Assembly: GCF_004010195.1 (NCBI RefSeq)
Contig: NC_057719.1
Location: 71,676,800-71,740,799 of the forward strand
Direction: 5' to 3'
From: Chiloscyllium plagiosum
Taxonomy: Eukaryota
DNA length: 64,000 nucleotides
Shown here: positions 24,713-38,376 of the stretch, one piece after another
Layout of the letters: each line of letters starts with the position of its first letter
Numbering within the stretch: the first letter of the stretch is position 1
The notes under the pieces: model-generated
What the model saw: only the letters and a program-made list of their open reading frames with translations
What the model was told of the DNA's origin: nothing
Databases searched by the model: none
Position numbers and translations under genes: made by a program

Positions 24713-26065
24713 AAATCTGTGTGCCTAATCTATTTTCAATACTGAGTAATTCACTGTTTAATAGAGACTCATTGCTGTCTTTATAATTAAATGACAAAAC
24801 AATACTGAGCTTATATTTTCCTTGCATTAAAGCACAATAATACATATGTAGCATTTTACAATGGCTTGACCTCAAGGAAAAAGGTACAAAGAGATAACAG
24901 TTTGAAGCAAAAGAAGTAACTGGGAGCTTAACCTGCATTAAATCATTTTAAGACAGTAAATGCTGAATGTACATTAATTTAAAATCACAATACTGCTGGG
25001 TATTTCAAACCACCAACAAGGTGACCAAAATATCATTTCCATTTATCCTAGCCAGGTAAAAGTGGATGCCAAAGAGATTATAAAACCTCAGTTGTGTCAA
25101 TTTTACCAATTCAAACACCAAGTCTTCCTTCATCCTTTAACTACACGTAAATATTGTTTAAAAACATAATAGCATTTTTTAGTATTAGACATGTAAAAAT
25201 AGTCTTGAAAGTTGTCTCAGCAAAATAGAGAAATACTGCAGGTTTAAAACTGGTAATAATACTGTGACACTGGAAATTAGCCAATAATTTTTTCGACCAC
25301 CTAGGAAGCTAAATGTAGTCTTTGCTGATGTGTTTTAAATAATGTTTACATTTTACATTTTATTGTTGAGTTTATTTTACTATATGATTATAAAAACATT
25401 TTCACACAAACTGGAAAAGACAAAATATTTTAATGAATACTCTCTGCAGTTCACAGAAAGATATTTAAACTGGGAAGTAAATGCATTGGACGGGATTGAA
25501 AAAGTTGTCTAATAATTTCCATGCTCAGCAGGTTATACTTCCACCATTTCAATCCAAACAAAATAAGTTGTTTAACGCTACAATCTTCAAGATACAAAAC
25601 CAGGCAAGTGTCGCAGGAAAGAACAGTAAGCAAATTCAGGATAACCATAAGTATGAATAACTGAGCGATGCACTTGGTCATTACTCATGTGCTTGAAAAT
25701 AATTGATGAAAAATTTAACATTACATTTTTTTGTGAAATGTCTGCTAAGTGACAGTTAACCATTATCACTCAATAGCCAGCCTGACTTGCCAGGATGAAG
25801 CCTATATTCAAAAGACTATCACCAAATTAATGAATCTTATCTACTGCCAGGATTAAGGGCAATCACTTACATGTGGTCACACAGCAGCCACATAATGACT
25901 GAGTTGTATCGTTTTCATTACAAGAGTTTACACGAGATGAATACAAGATAAATTTGCTGCATTCAATGTAACCCACAACATGGGGAATTCTGCAATCTGA
26001 ACAAACCATCATCTTCATGTTATCTCCAGCAAGATGAAATAAAATTAAGCTGTCTCTGTCTGAAT

Positions 26066-26262
26066 AAAGTTAAAAATCGCACAACACCAGGTTATAATCC
26101 AACAGGTTTATTTAGAAGTACTAGCTTTTGAGATGCTATCTCTTGACTGAAGAAGCAGCACTTCGATAGCTAGTGCTTCCAAATAAGCCTGTTGGACTAT
26201 AACCTGGTGTTGTGCAATTTTTAACTTTGTCCACACCAGTCCAACACCGGTATCTCTAAATC
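26066..26262 (+). mobile_element. PLE-derived fold-back terminus with decayed hammerhead core
   Basis: aaagttaaaaatcgcacaacaccaggttata inverted as tataacctggtgttgtgcaatttttaacttt; ctgaaga...cgatagcta. Confidence 0.75.
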
Positions 26263-27760
26263 CAACTGAATGCATAACTTCAGTGATGCCCCCATGTAAT
26301 AATATGCATACTGTGAGATGTTGCTCATCTTTTAACTACTGGACAGAATTGTCTCCTTTTAACATCTGTGACCACCAAAGGTTTCCTACTGCATGGCTAT
26401 ATAATACTCTATATCCCATAAGTAGAAATTCAATTCCCCAGGAACCAGGACAAAGTAACACTTAGTTGCCAATGATTTACTTCCATTCTTTCCCTTTCAC
26501 ACTCTTTCATGGTGAAGGTTTCTCATGACAATTCAGTGGATTTTTCACCCACAAAATAAAACCTTCAGGATGTGAAGTGTCAGTTCCCACCCTCATTCCG
26601 TGTGGTGAGCATGGGAGTTTACTGCCTCTATTTCTCAGCTTTTACTCTCTTCAGAGTGCCAGCAGATGAACCTATCTGAAATTTATGGCTATTTTTCAGG
26701 AAACCTTCAGAACTTTGTAAATTAATCCTACTATAGCTTACCTAGCACAGTTACACTCTCAAACTCATCTCCATGGCAATTTGAATCAGAGGGGGCCTTG
26801 TATTCTGGTAGATGTTCATTAGATCCCAGTTCCTATTCTTTAGATCCCAATTTCACTCTATCCTGAAATTTAATAGACAGTTAAGTATAGCCATTTTAAA
26901 AACTTGAATTTCTTAACATGTTCCTGGAACTTTGAAGAGTGCATTGTCAGCACACATGTTTCTGCAACTGTTTACCAGTGTGAGGACACCTTTTTCCCAA
27001 CAGAATAATCTCTAAATCTCTAATAATCGAACCATTCAAGTTTACTGCCAGCAGGTTACACAATCCCCTTTATCTCCTATCAAAATATCATGCCCCAAAC
27101 ATAACCATTAAAATAAAACCTTGTCTTTATAACAGTCTCCAGCATTAGCCTGGAAAGATCTTGATGCATAAAAGCTAACGTTGACTGTCACCTTGTCAGA
27201 GACAGATAATGCTGACCTTGCCCTGCTTTGAGGTTGCAGTTGTGACTGCAAGAGTTGTTAGATTTCTATCGTAACCCCTCTATTTGAGTAACAAAAAAAT
27301 GCTTGGGCATTGGTCCTCACTGACATTCAGCTAAGAGAATTATTTTATAAATTTATAAAAGCAGGAAGTGCTGGAAATATTCAACGGGTCTGGGATCACC
27401 ATGCAGATTAAAGCAGAATTAACATCTCAGATTGATAATGACTCATCTTTCGCATTTGTGAAACATTATCTCTGTTTCAGTATCTACAGATGCTGTCACA
27501 TCTGCTTTGGATTTCCATCCAACAGGTTCAGTCTAATTTCAAATTTCCAGCTTCCGCATTAATTTGTTTCTGAGTGGATATGGTCTCTTGCTATGCCCCC
27601 ATCTCCCCCTACTTAACTCCTAATCTAGCAACTTGGTTTGTTCTTCATGGGCTCTTTTCGTTCTCCCTGTCATGCTCAATTCCATGAGGATTGACTACTA
27701 GTGCACCAATGTCTGGAAGCAATGCATTTCAGCACAAGCCTTTTAATCACATGCAGTGAT

Positions 27761-27899
27761 TGTAATGAGGTCAACCAGGTGGACCTCGTAGAATATGAGT
27801 TCCCTGATTGGGGCTGTTAATGTGGCTTAATCAAGGACTCTTCACACTTATATAAAGGGTGATTTGTGATGGGATAATGGCCTCTGTGGAGTTATTTCA
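27761..27899 (+). mobile_element. Internally deleted solo LTR
   Basis: TG...CA ends; shares both terminal segments with the inverted LTR at 50339-53166; no clear TSD. Confidence 0.7.
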
Positions 27900-28118
27900 T
27901 CACCAAAGAATGTTCTCCAGAACCAGCCAGCACACTCGCTCTAAACTATTGAAAGTTAAGCTAAGCTACAGGAAAAACAGAAAACAATTGCACCAGCAGC
28001 CATGAGAAATAATCCAGTGACAAACCTGTAAATAGTCCATAATCACCCTTACGTGTACTGTTGGGTTGTTCTTCATCAAGATTGATGCATTGTTAAGCAT
28101 TAATCCAGCTCGACGATG

Positions 28119-29160
28119 TTAAGATAGAATGCTGGTTGGAACATGGAGATTGCAAATGACACTTGATGTCAAATCATTGTTACAGATTGTGCCATAACCT
28201 ATCTGATCAACACACTATCAGTGGTCATTAGGTGCACATGCAACAACTACTGCACCAAGGTAGTGTATGGTGTACTTCCTCTAATATATGTATAAACATT
28301 TATGGACTTGATCTTTGACCTTTCAGGGACCAATTACCTCCCAAAGCAGAGATACCATCAAGGCACATTTCTGCTCCATAGTATATAATAATCCATATAT
28401 AATCCAAACAAATGTGTGGCTAAAGTTTAGCAAATCCATCTTTTATAAACTGTGAATTCTCATTCATATATCAACACATATGTATAAACTGCGTATCCAA
28501 AAGGGCATGTGATTCAGGGAGAAATAAAGCTAAAAAACAAAACAGAAACTCACATATATATCTATATAGAACCCAATCACATCCAGAAGATGTCTCTTCA
28601 CAGATACATCAAGAATGATTTTGAAAGATTCACAAAATAACACTTCACCATGTCTGAAATCAATTTAATTCAAAATTAATCTGTGAAAATATTATTTCAG
28701 GAAAATAATATTCTGGATTATTGGTGCTGAAAGAGCACAGCAGTTCAGGCAGCATCTGAGGAGCAGTAAAATCGACGTTTCAGGCAAAAGCCCTAATGAA
28801 GGGCTTTTGCCCGAAACGTCGATTTTACTGCTCCTCAGATGCTGCCTGAACTGCTGTGCTCTTCCAGCACCATTAATCCAGAATCTGGTTTCCAGCATCT
28901 GCAGTCATTGACTATTATTTTCCTGAAGTAAAAACAATCTATTGACCTGGCTTTCCAAGGAATGGCTGCACTTTTTCTGTGTTGATTCATTCAAATTGTA
29001 ATGACAACAGATCGTACTCGCAATGATATACAAACATATTGTAAGCAATTTGACTAGTGTCAGTATGTTAACCAGGTATATTACATCACAAGATTTTAAC
29101 AATGATTTGACATCAAATGTCATTTGTGAACAGCATGTTCCATCCAGCATTCTCTTTTAA
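28119..29160. mobile_element. Old non-autonomous DNA transposon candidate with about 100-bp TIRs and TTAA flanks
   Basis: agaatgctggttggaacatg...tgatgtcaaatcattgtta (28126-28182) inverted at 29097-29153; ttaa at 28119-28122 and 29157-29160. Confidence 0.6.
28711..28910 (+). mobile_element. PLE-derived near-perfect hairpin (about 85-bp arms) with hammerhead remnant
   Basis: 28711-28794 is the reverse complement of 28800-28883; ctaatga-a-gggc-tttt-gccc-gaaac-gtc at 28793-28820. Confidence 0.85.
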
Positions 29161-29519
29161 TCCTAAAATTTGAAAGGATATTTGATGACATGAAGAATAA
29201 CCCCAGCAGCATTGCTGAAGAGATTATAAGCAGCTTACCCTTTTGAGGAAGTCAATCTGTATTGTTCACGAATAAGGGACTTACAAAACAAATATGGCTG
29301 GAAAGGTGTAATTTAGCTAGTGTCTGGAAACTTTCTGAGTGAAATATATTCATTTCCAAGAGCCACTGTGGAATGTTGCAACTGAAGGTTATCAAGGAAC
29401 TGTGGAGAGAGACATTTCAAATCAGAGATGTAACTCAAAAACTAAATTGTAATCTCTTGCATTTGCTGAGATAATGAATGCAGATTACCATGTCAGCAGA
29501 AAGCTTCGCCTGTGAGTTA

Positions 29520-30335
29520 TATCCCAGACTCGAACACAGCCAGTTACTGCCCTGTTAGTCTACTCTTGATCATCAGTAAAGCGATGGAAAGGGTCAGCAA
29601 CAGTAGATTAAGCAACATTTGCTTGGTAATGACGTGGCCACTGATACTTAGTTTGGGTTCTGCCAGGTTCACACAGCTCCTAGCTCCAGACAGGGGGTGG
29701 CAATGAGTACCCTTAATGTAAAGGTAGTGTTTTATCAAGTGTGGCATCAAGGAATGGAGTAAAATTAGAATAAAAGAGAATCCAGAGTAAATTCTGCACT
29801 GCTGGAGACATACCAAGCATAAAGGAAGATGGTTGTGGTTGTTGAAGGTCAGTCATCTCAGTTCCTAGAGTTCCTCAGGGTTGTACCCGAGGCCCAACCA
29901 TCTTCATCTGCTTCATAAATGACTTTCCCTCCACCATAAGGTCACATGTGGGATGTTTGCTGATGATTCTACATAATTTGAACACCATTCAGATTCTAAA
30001 GCAGTCCATGTCCAAACACAGCAACAACTAGACAATTTCCAAGCTTGTGCTAACAAATAGCAAGAGGTATTCATCACCACATGAGTGCCAGGCAATGATA
30101 ATTTCCAACAAGTGACAATCTCACCATTGTCTCTTGATATTCAATGTTATAACAAGACTAAAGCCCACTATCAACATTCATGGGCTGCCACTGACCAGAA
30201 ACTCAACTGGACTCGCCACATAAATACAATGGCTACAAGAGCAGATCAGATGCTGGGAATACTATGGCAAGTAACTCGAACCCCCCATCTCCCCAAAGCC
30301 TGTTCATCATCTGCAAGGCGCAAGTCAGGAGTGTG
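29520..30335 (+). mobile_element. Decayed CR1/L2-group LINE RT fragment
   Basis: YCPVSLLLIISKAME; atgtttgctgatgat (MFADD); DQKLNWTRHI. Confidence 0.85.
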
Positions 30336-32443
30336 ACTTGTAACAAAATGCAAATAAGTTTGATTCCTTTCAAACAATAATATTTTGGTATGCAGTACAG
30401 GATTGAGTAATTTGAAACAAATGTGGCAAATGCAATTATCAGCACCTTTCACGGTGCAGTGGAAGCATCCCTAATTCTGGGCCACAATGTCCAACATCAA
30501 GTTGTACCAATCACGGAGGTGTATACGAATGGAGGATTTTGAAAAAACAACAAGTTTGGATGGAACAGAAGATTGTGAACTGATGGTCCCCACACCCTTT
30601 ACCACTGTATCTTTCCTTGTGATACATTCAAGTTATTATGGTCTAATTGATAAAGATTGATTAATTCAGTTTGCTCACAGTGATATCAGTATTGTATGAT
30701 GCAATCCCTGGATTATAGAGGACCAATATGGTTTTAAGTCCAGAAACTCTTATGTTCCCAAGTCAGTCGTGTGAATATACAAATACACACATGAAGTTCT
30801 GTGCTGTCCAGTTAGTGCCTATAAATGTAGGATCATTTAAAAAATCATATTTTAACAATGGTAATTTCTCGTTCTGAGGCAGTAGAACAAAAGAGTATTC
30901 ACTATGAACTGTAATTTACAAAACCATTTGTTTGTCTATCCAAATAATTAATTTAACAATTAAAGCCTAATATGAAGTCTGGATTTGTGATTTTATTACT
31001 TCTTAGAAGACACAAGGAGAATGACATGAAACCACAGGATAGAGCTCGTAACCATAGAAAACTAAATAAAAGATTCGGTTTCTTTGAAAGCATTTATAAG
31101 CATGGCTGCAAGCCATATCATAAAACTGCAAATACTTCCTGATTACAGGTTGTGCATGAATGATGGTTGCCTGAGCTGAAACCTAAGTGTTCAGACTTAA
31201 CTAAAATATATATATTTTTAAATTTCCTTTGGCTTTGATTGTTTATCCTGATTTCTGCCTATTTCAGATTCAAGGCTTACTTTAATAAGATTGTATTGAA
31301 TTTGGACGTAACTGAATATTGGCCAATGAGCACAGTATTGAGTTAGTTTTGAGACCACTTGCTGAGTTATGTCCAAGGAGGAAACTCCAGACCATTTTTT
31401 AAAATTACGAATTGAACAAGTTTTAGTCCATAGAAAAAAGTAAAAACAGGGGATAAAAGCCCTTGTATGGTGAAAATGATGTGTCAGTAGACTTTGGAAA
31501 AGGGCAAAGGAACAATCGTCATAGTTTCTTTTTCTTATGATTATAATGTATGAAAACTTGATGAATTTATCTTAGTGCCATATAACCCCATCCTTCACCC
31601 CATCCAACACTGTTATGTTGAATCTGTAATTAGATGGCAGCATTTTATCCCATTCCATTTTTAATCAATTGTGCAGAATGTTCCATATGTGTAAAAGCAC
31701 TAAGTAATTTATACCAACTATTCAATTTAAAATCTCCTAAAAATGCCATTTTATTTTGTTAAGTTATGAGCAGTGGTCACTATAATGAGTGGACATTCAA
31801 TTAAAAATTTGAAAATAAAACCAACATAAATATAATGGCACAGCTACAATTGATCACATTAAAGGACAATTTAGTAAGGTACAATTTCAATAGTATTTAC
31901 ATACGAGTCACATAGTTATCAAAACCTATTGCTTAGGGGTTGTATTGATAAAGCAACACCTGCACAAAGTTATGCATTTATGCCTAAGTTAAAACTTGTC
32001 AAATAGCATTTAAAAGTTTGGATGGTGAGTCAAGTTCCATGTTTTCACATAAATATATTATTTATCAACCATGTTAAAAACGTGTCCATGTGCTACCCTC
32101 AAATGTGAATGGTCAATAGGATACAGCAATTGTCAAGTATATTGTGAATAATATGAAAGAAAGAAAACATAGACCATCTGTATAAACTAATATAGGAAAA
32201 TTACCAATCTTATAATACTGCTGAGGGCTCTTGTGGGTTAGCGTCACTACCTTCAAGCCAGGAGGCCTGTGTTCAAATCCAGTCTAAATGTTAGTGAACC
32301 GTGGTAGGGTGGATAGATAAATTCTGGAAATAAAACCTGTTAATGGCAGATGATTCCAACTTCTCATATAAAGTGCCATTCTCTATTAAACAAACTATAT
32401 GTTGGAGTGGACATTCCGTGTAATGCTACATGTGAAATGGATA

Positions 32444-32565
32444 CATAAACAGAAGTTGCTGAAAAAGCTCAGCAGGTCTGGCAGTATCTGAGGCAGACCT
32501 GCTGAGCTTTCCAGCGATTTCTGTTTTTGTTTCTGATTTACAGTATCTGCAGTTCTTGTGGTTTT
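32444..32565 (+). mobile_element. PLE-derived hairpin remnant with 13-bp TSD
   Basis: TSD tgtgaaatggata at 32431-32443 and 32566-32578; gctcagcaggtctg/cagacctgctgagc inverted arms. Confidence 0.8.
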
Positions 32566-33751
32566 TGTGAAATGGATAGACCTGGCTCAGTTGTTAAAAC
32601 ATAAAAACGAATTGTAGTTTGCTTGTAAACTGAACCTTCAGCTTATTCCAAAGTGGAAATCTGCTGGACTGCCATCTTTTGAAATATCTTTTCTGAGCTG
32701 CCTTTGATTATTTTTACCAACAGTAATGGTACATTTACTCACCACGAGTGATGACTTTCAAAACATTCCAGTGTTTCTGTGAAATATACTGATCTTTTTT
32801 GTCAGTTGATAGGACACAATACTCAGTAAAATTGCTTCACTTTGAGAAAACAAATGCACATTTGTGTTAATACTCGGATGCTGACACTTCAGGATAGTTA
32901 AGAAATTGTGAGCTAATGTCTGGTCTGTTTCAGAACAGGATAAGCTTTTCATTTTTCATATTCCATACGTTGCTGCCAAAACTTGACTAACTTGTGATTA
33001 AAAGTCTTTTCTAGCCTCAAATAAAAATTGGAAAGAGAGTACTAGTCAGAGTGTTGATGACTAGATTTTAACTATTCCACAGAACTAATTTTTCTGGTTT
33101 TCTCACACCTAAGGCACTGTTTCCACTGTTTAATTTGGTTTACAAAATGAAACCTGACTTCACATTAATGAACATTGATGATATCCTTGTTAATGGAATT
33201 TGAAACCCAAATAAAATTGCCCTTAATAAGTAACTTAGGGACTCAACATAATGGCCAGAGAAACTGAGCTTTTACTTAGCTTTCCACTTCCAGAACTTAA
33301 TCCCTCCAAATCAGTGAGATCCAGGAGACAGGAAAACATTTTCAGGTGATCTTTCTAGGAAGCACACCAGCAACTCTCAATAGTAATGGCAAAAGAGAAA
33401 AAAATGGTATTCATAAAAATTACAATGAAAACAGCACTACAAAGGCCCTCAAAATGATATTCTAGCAATTCTGGTGTGGTCCACACAATGCCTTATGTTG
33501 ATAAGGGTGCTAGAATGTCCATGCCACAGAAGCATTCACAGTGAACAGGTCTTAATATCAAGCTGCCTCGTCGATTTTTTTAACACATGTTCTGCAAACA
33601 TAGACAGAGCAGGAGCAGTGAAGGCCTTGAGTTAATCATTTGCATGTTCAGCAGCACAAGGAGCTCCCAATTAGTGCTAATTAAAGGGATAGGCATCCAA
33701 CTGGCGGGTAACATGCTTTTCAGTCATGACTTCCTTGCAAGTGTGTAAAAG

Positions 33752-33860
33752 GAGCTCTTGTTGCACAGTGATAATGTCCCTATTTCTGAGCCTGGAGGCC
33801 CAGGTTCAAGTCCCTGCTACAGAAATGTGCCATGACACGCTTGAATAGGTTGACTTAAAG
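33752..33860 (+). mobile_element. tRNA-derived SINE head
   Basis: gctcttgttgcacagtgataatgtccct...ggttcaagtccc, same family as 3842. Confidence 0.7.
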
Positions 33861-34089
33861 CAAATCTTACAACTGTATGGAAGTCCTCTGGTATGCTTTG
33901 GAAGAGTTCTACAGACTTGCTCACTTACAAAGTCGGGTCAGTGCATCTTGACAGGGAGAGCAGAGGGCTTTATGAAGTTCCTACTGAAAGGCCAGTTATG
34001 GGACTTTAGCTGCAGGGTTTCTGAGTTTACAACACGACAAGCAAATGGAGCAGAGGCTTCAGACAGAAGACCTGTGGACAGGGAGACTG

Positions 34090-34500
34090 AAGAGGAGGAC
34101 TCCTGCCGAAGTCCTTACCCACCAAGGGTATTTAGGAAGCACTTCTGCTATCTTCAGAGGAGCAATGCCTGAGGTTCATCAAGGTGGTCACTGATTTGCG
34201 TTACTTCTTTCAACAAGACGTACAGCCTTGCAGTAGGGTGAGGACAGCAGTCAGTAAGCATGCTGTCAGTATCAACCTCAACACAGCTGGACCCTTCCAC
34301 CATAAGTGAATTAATTGCACACATGTCTCAGATCAGCATACTTTGTTGTATCTGAAAGGTGATGACAACCTTGTGCACAATGAGGAAATAGTTCATTTGT
34401 TTATCCCCAACTAGAGGGAAATTGAAGAAGTGTGTATGATTTGTGAGGCGAGCGTGATCTGATTAGTACAGGGAGCCATAAACTGTATACCATGGATTGG
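34090..34500 (+). pseudogene. Fossil PIF/Harbinger transposase (HARBI1-like N-terminal half)
   Basis: PYPPRVFRKHFCYL, EEQCL, VVTDL..FQQDVQPCSRVRTA, VQGAINC (VQGAIDCTH-like motif). Confidence 0.7.
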
Positions 34501-34710
34501 CAGTGTGCACATGTCAATAGGGAGAGGTCCAGGAATTGCACATTGTCCATGTCCAGATCAATATGTCGGTAAATTCCCATTATCCTGGGTAAGGTATCAG
34601 TTCTGTGGGAATGTCTGGATTTTGAGTGAGCTAAAATCAGGCACTTTAGATGGATTCCTCCTATGATTGCAGATGTTGTTAGAAGCTGACCACCATGTTC
34701 ACCATGTTGT

Positions 34711-34978
34711 GGCTGGCACGGTGGCACAGTGGTTAGCACTGCTACCTCACAGCGCCAGAGACCCAGGTTCAATTCCCGCCTCAGGCGACTGACTGTGTGG
34801 AGTTTGCACATTCTCCCCATGTCTGCATGGGTTTCCTCCCACAGTCCAAAGATGTGCAGGCCAGGTGAATTGCCCATAGTGTTAGATGAATGGGGTAAAT
34901 GTATGGGTGGGTGGTGGATCGCTGTGGACTTGTTGGGCCGAAGGGCCTGTTTCCACACTGTAAGTAATCTAAATCAAA
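34711..34978 (+). mobile_element. HE1-like tRNA-derived SINE
   Basis: A box tggcacagtgg, B box ggttcaattcc, tgtgtggagtttgcacattctcccc core, CR1-like tail. Confidence 0.9.
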
Positions 34979-35019
34979 GTAAACAGGTTCCCATGCTGCT
35001 ATATTGGACCCAGACTTTC

Positions 35020-35320
35020 TTTTATTCATTCATAAGATGAGGGCGTCACTGGCTGGACCAGCATTTATTGCCCATCCCTAATTGCCCAGACCGGAGTTAA
35101 GAGTCAACCAGATTGTGAGTCTGGAGTCATATGGAGGCCAGACCAGTTAAGGACGTTGGTGAACCAGATGGGCTTTTCTAACAACCGACAATAAATTTAT
35201 GGTCATCATTAGACTCTTAATTCCAGAATTTTATGGATTCAAATTCCACCATCTACCATGTCCAGATTTTAACCCGGTCCCCAGAACATTACATAGGGTC
35301 CAGTGATAACAGCACTGCTC
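35020..35320. mobile_element. Old SINE/LINE-tail fragment
   Basis: ggcgtcactggctggaccagcatttattgcccatccctaattgccc...gagttaagagtcaacc. Confidence 0.65.
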
Positions 35321-36224
35321 CAAAATCTTCAATGCGGACAAGACAATGTCTGGGAGGCCTGGTAATAGAGTTGTCTTTTTTAGGCCTCATTGTCAAAGTC
35401 TTCAAGTCAGTCTCCTATTGTGGAACCTGTCTGTGACTGCACCCTCTGGGGACCTGAAACTAAACTTCTTTTTGTCCTGGTCTGACTGAAGCCCATCTTT
35501 GTTTGGTGAGTCACCATGTGTAAATGGCGAGACTACACTATCCCTAAAATAAACACATTACCAGTCTTTGAACTGGTGACTCATAATGTAGGGTCATGTG
35601 ATAGAGCTTCTTCCTCAGAGGGCTCTCAGCCTTCCTTAAGAGGCTGCAGTGACTTGTCAGGTGGCAGCTCTTGGGTAAGTAGAAGTGGAAAATCAGAATC
35701 AGGATTTGGATGAGGGATTGAGAGGTTGGTACGGGAAGCAAGAGGTTCCTGGTCACACAGCCCCCAGCTTGCAGACAGCAAATGAGACTGACATGAAACA
35801 TGAGAAATGCCAAACGGCAGGATCACATCATTAGCCTGAATGCTCCAGATGCCACTGGCTTTTACCAGGATGCCCTCTTGATGTTGAACTGTCTTCTCCA
35901 GCAATGGTAGGTGATGTTGACCTGCCTGGCTCTTTCTGGTTCTGTACTGCTTCCCTGCTTATACATAAATGGAAGAAAGAGGAAAGAATGCCAGTGAGAG
36001 GGTGGCATTATTTTGGAGCGACCTGTCTGTCATAGCTGAATAGCTTGAACCATCTAGGTGTGGCGAGAATCTGTTGTAAGGCTAGGGCATGAGCAGTGAC
36101 AGCAGTGTGTGGGTCAGGTGGTGTACCTTATGTTAAGTCCCAATTGCTGCTAGGTAAGTGTAATGCATTGAGCAGTGTGAGTAGTTAAGGGATAAGTGGG
36201 TTAGACATGTCATTTGAAGATACA

Positions 36225-36450
36225 TTCAGCAATCTTGACCACTTTTCTGAGATCACTGAAATTCTAAGGTCTCTGCTGAGGGATATACACTGGAATTTGG
36301 CCTCACTGGCATCTTCTCCCATTCTCCTCAGAAACCGGTCCTTAAGAGCTTCTTGTTGCTCGCGGGAAAGGACCTCTCTCTCTTCCTGCTGATCTTCTGG
36401 ACTAAAGTCTCTCGTGTCACAACCAAGAATCTGGAAACCTCCTCTCAGTC
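36225..36450 (-). pseudogene. Fossil Harbinger Myb/SANT-like ORF, convergent with the transposase
   Basis: Manual translation EEVSRFLVVTRETLVQKISRKRERSFP...EWEKMPVRPNSS resembles the RF...LE.LV..V..RR..LFP...W..V...VN pattern. Confidence 0.5.
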
Positions 36451-38376
36451 TGTTGCTCAATTTGAGTTGCTTTTCTTTACAGCCAATTCCTGCGGGGACA
36501 CCCAGCAACAGTTTCCTCACAATCACTGCAGCACCTCTTTGGATATAAGCTGGAAAACAGGCTTGCCACGCACACTGTTAGACCCCTGTTGAGCATTCAT
36601 CAAACACCGGGTACAGGCTAAACTAGTTTGAACATGATAAAGAGATTGCAAATCACAAGCTCTATGCTTGAAAATGGGAGCAAACCATTTTTAGCCCTCC
36701 AAGTCTGTTTATCACCAAGGCTCTTCTATTGTTTGAATAAATTCTCCTATACTGGCAGACATTTATAAGTACCATTTACGTTTGTCACATTCACAGCATG
36801 CTACTATCATCTCCCCAAAATATAACCCATTTCTTGCAAAATGCTGAAACACGGTGAATTCTTGAATCTACAAATGGTAGCATATATCTATAAATCTACA
36901 GCATATATCTATTTATCGTGTTATCTGAATTTCTCAAAACCAATTTCAGGTGAAAATGTAAATATTCCAGGTGTGCTTGTTCCTTCAAAGTGACAATAAG
37001 TTACTCAGTGTTTTTGTCTTAGAATTTAGACTGCCTCCAGGCTGATCTAGAGAGTCCATTTTAAAATTACTACAAGCAGAAAAGGGACAACTCCAAATTC
37101 CTTCCAAAGTGTACTCAGAATTCGTGGCCCTGTTTCCCCAAGCTTTAAATATACAACAGTCTGACCTTCAATTGGTATATGGGTAACCATTACTTATTGA
37201 TGTGAATTATTTTCTGATCAGTTGTAAACCAATTTTATTTTGGTAGCATTCGAAGATAATTTAAAACATTTCCACAACCAGTGTCTAGTAGTGATACAAA
37301 AAAGGATTAGCACAAGCTTGAGCCCCATGAAATAATCTTTATTCCCAACAAGTTTGTTATGAACCAGATGTTGTGATGCAACTTCTACTTCAAGGCATAT
37401 ATAGAGAATGAATGGAAAAGTATATTAGGTGCCTAACATTACTTACATGTAATAAATTTAGATCCAGGTCTAACCACAAACAATAATGACTGATTAAAAG
37501 GCACCAAATGTCTGCATAACATCATAAACTGCAAGAATAATATTCATAGAGGATAACTGTCACCTAACTTAGAAAAAAAAAGTGCAGACTTGCATATGCT
37601 TGGTTCCAATATAATTCTGACTGTAGCTCTACCTTTCCTTAAAAAGTTGTAATTTATTTACATTATTTTGCTTTCAGACTATCCATTTCAAAATTTACGT
37701 TTTCCCAATTTATTTTGGTGTAGTAATGATCTTGGACTGTTGGACATAGCAGAACATGTGCACATAAATGAATGAGGAATAGAATCACAGATGTGAAATA
37801 TAGCACTAAAGTGTAGTTTACTGGGAGAAATACCATTTGTAGTCATCAAGAATACTTGAAGTATTGCCAATTTATCTTGGAAAAAGTATGATTAAGCAAA
37901 AAGCTTTATTGTTGGACAACACACCTCCTTGCAATACTTTAAATTTCTTCCTGAAATCATCAGCACTTCACCTCACTTTAATGCAAAATACACTTTACAC
38001 ATAAAGCAGAAGATTAAAAGAATGAAATCTATCAAAGTACCTCTGGTTCATTTCACAATTTAAGTGGATATATTAACATTAAAAATGTTAATGCTCTTGT
38101 TTCTTTCAGTGAAACCTTCAAATCTTCAAAAAATCTGGAAGGTACAAATTACTACAAATAAGTCTGATATCCAATGACAGGTTTGAGGATGTATTAACTG
38201 AGCTTTCAATCAGGCAGGTTGAAATTCAAATAGCAAACAAGAGAATGCTGACTGATTTGTGCAAAGCTGTCAGTGGTCCTGTGTACATAAAACTTCAATG
38301 ATTTAAGCTCCTGTCGAAGGAGCTATCCAATTTTTTTTAGAATAGTCACAATTCATATTTTCTTTTCCATTTCCAT

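Noticed and set aside
32743..32776. 34-nt micro-exon candidate with GTGAGT donor on the minus strand
   Set aside because: Weak acceptor, no partner exons, no recognisable peptide
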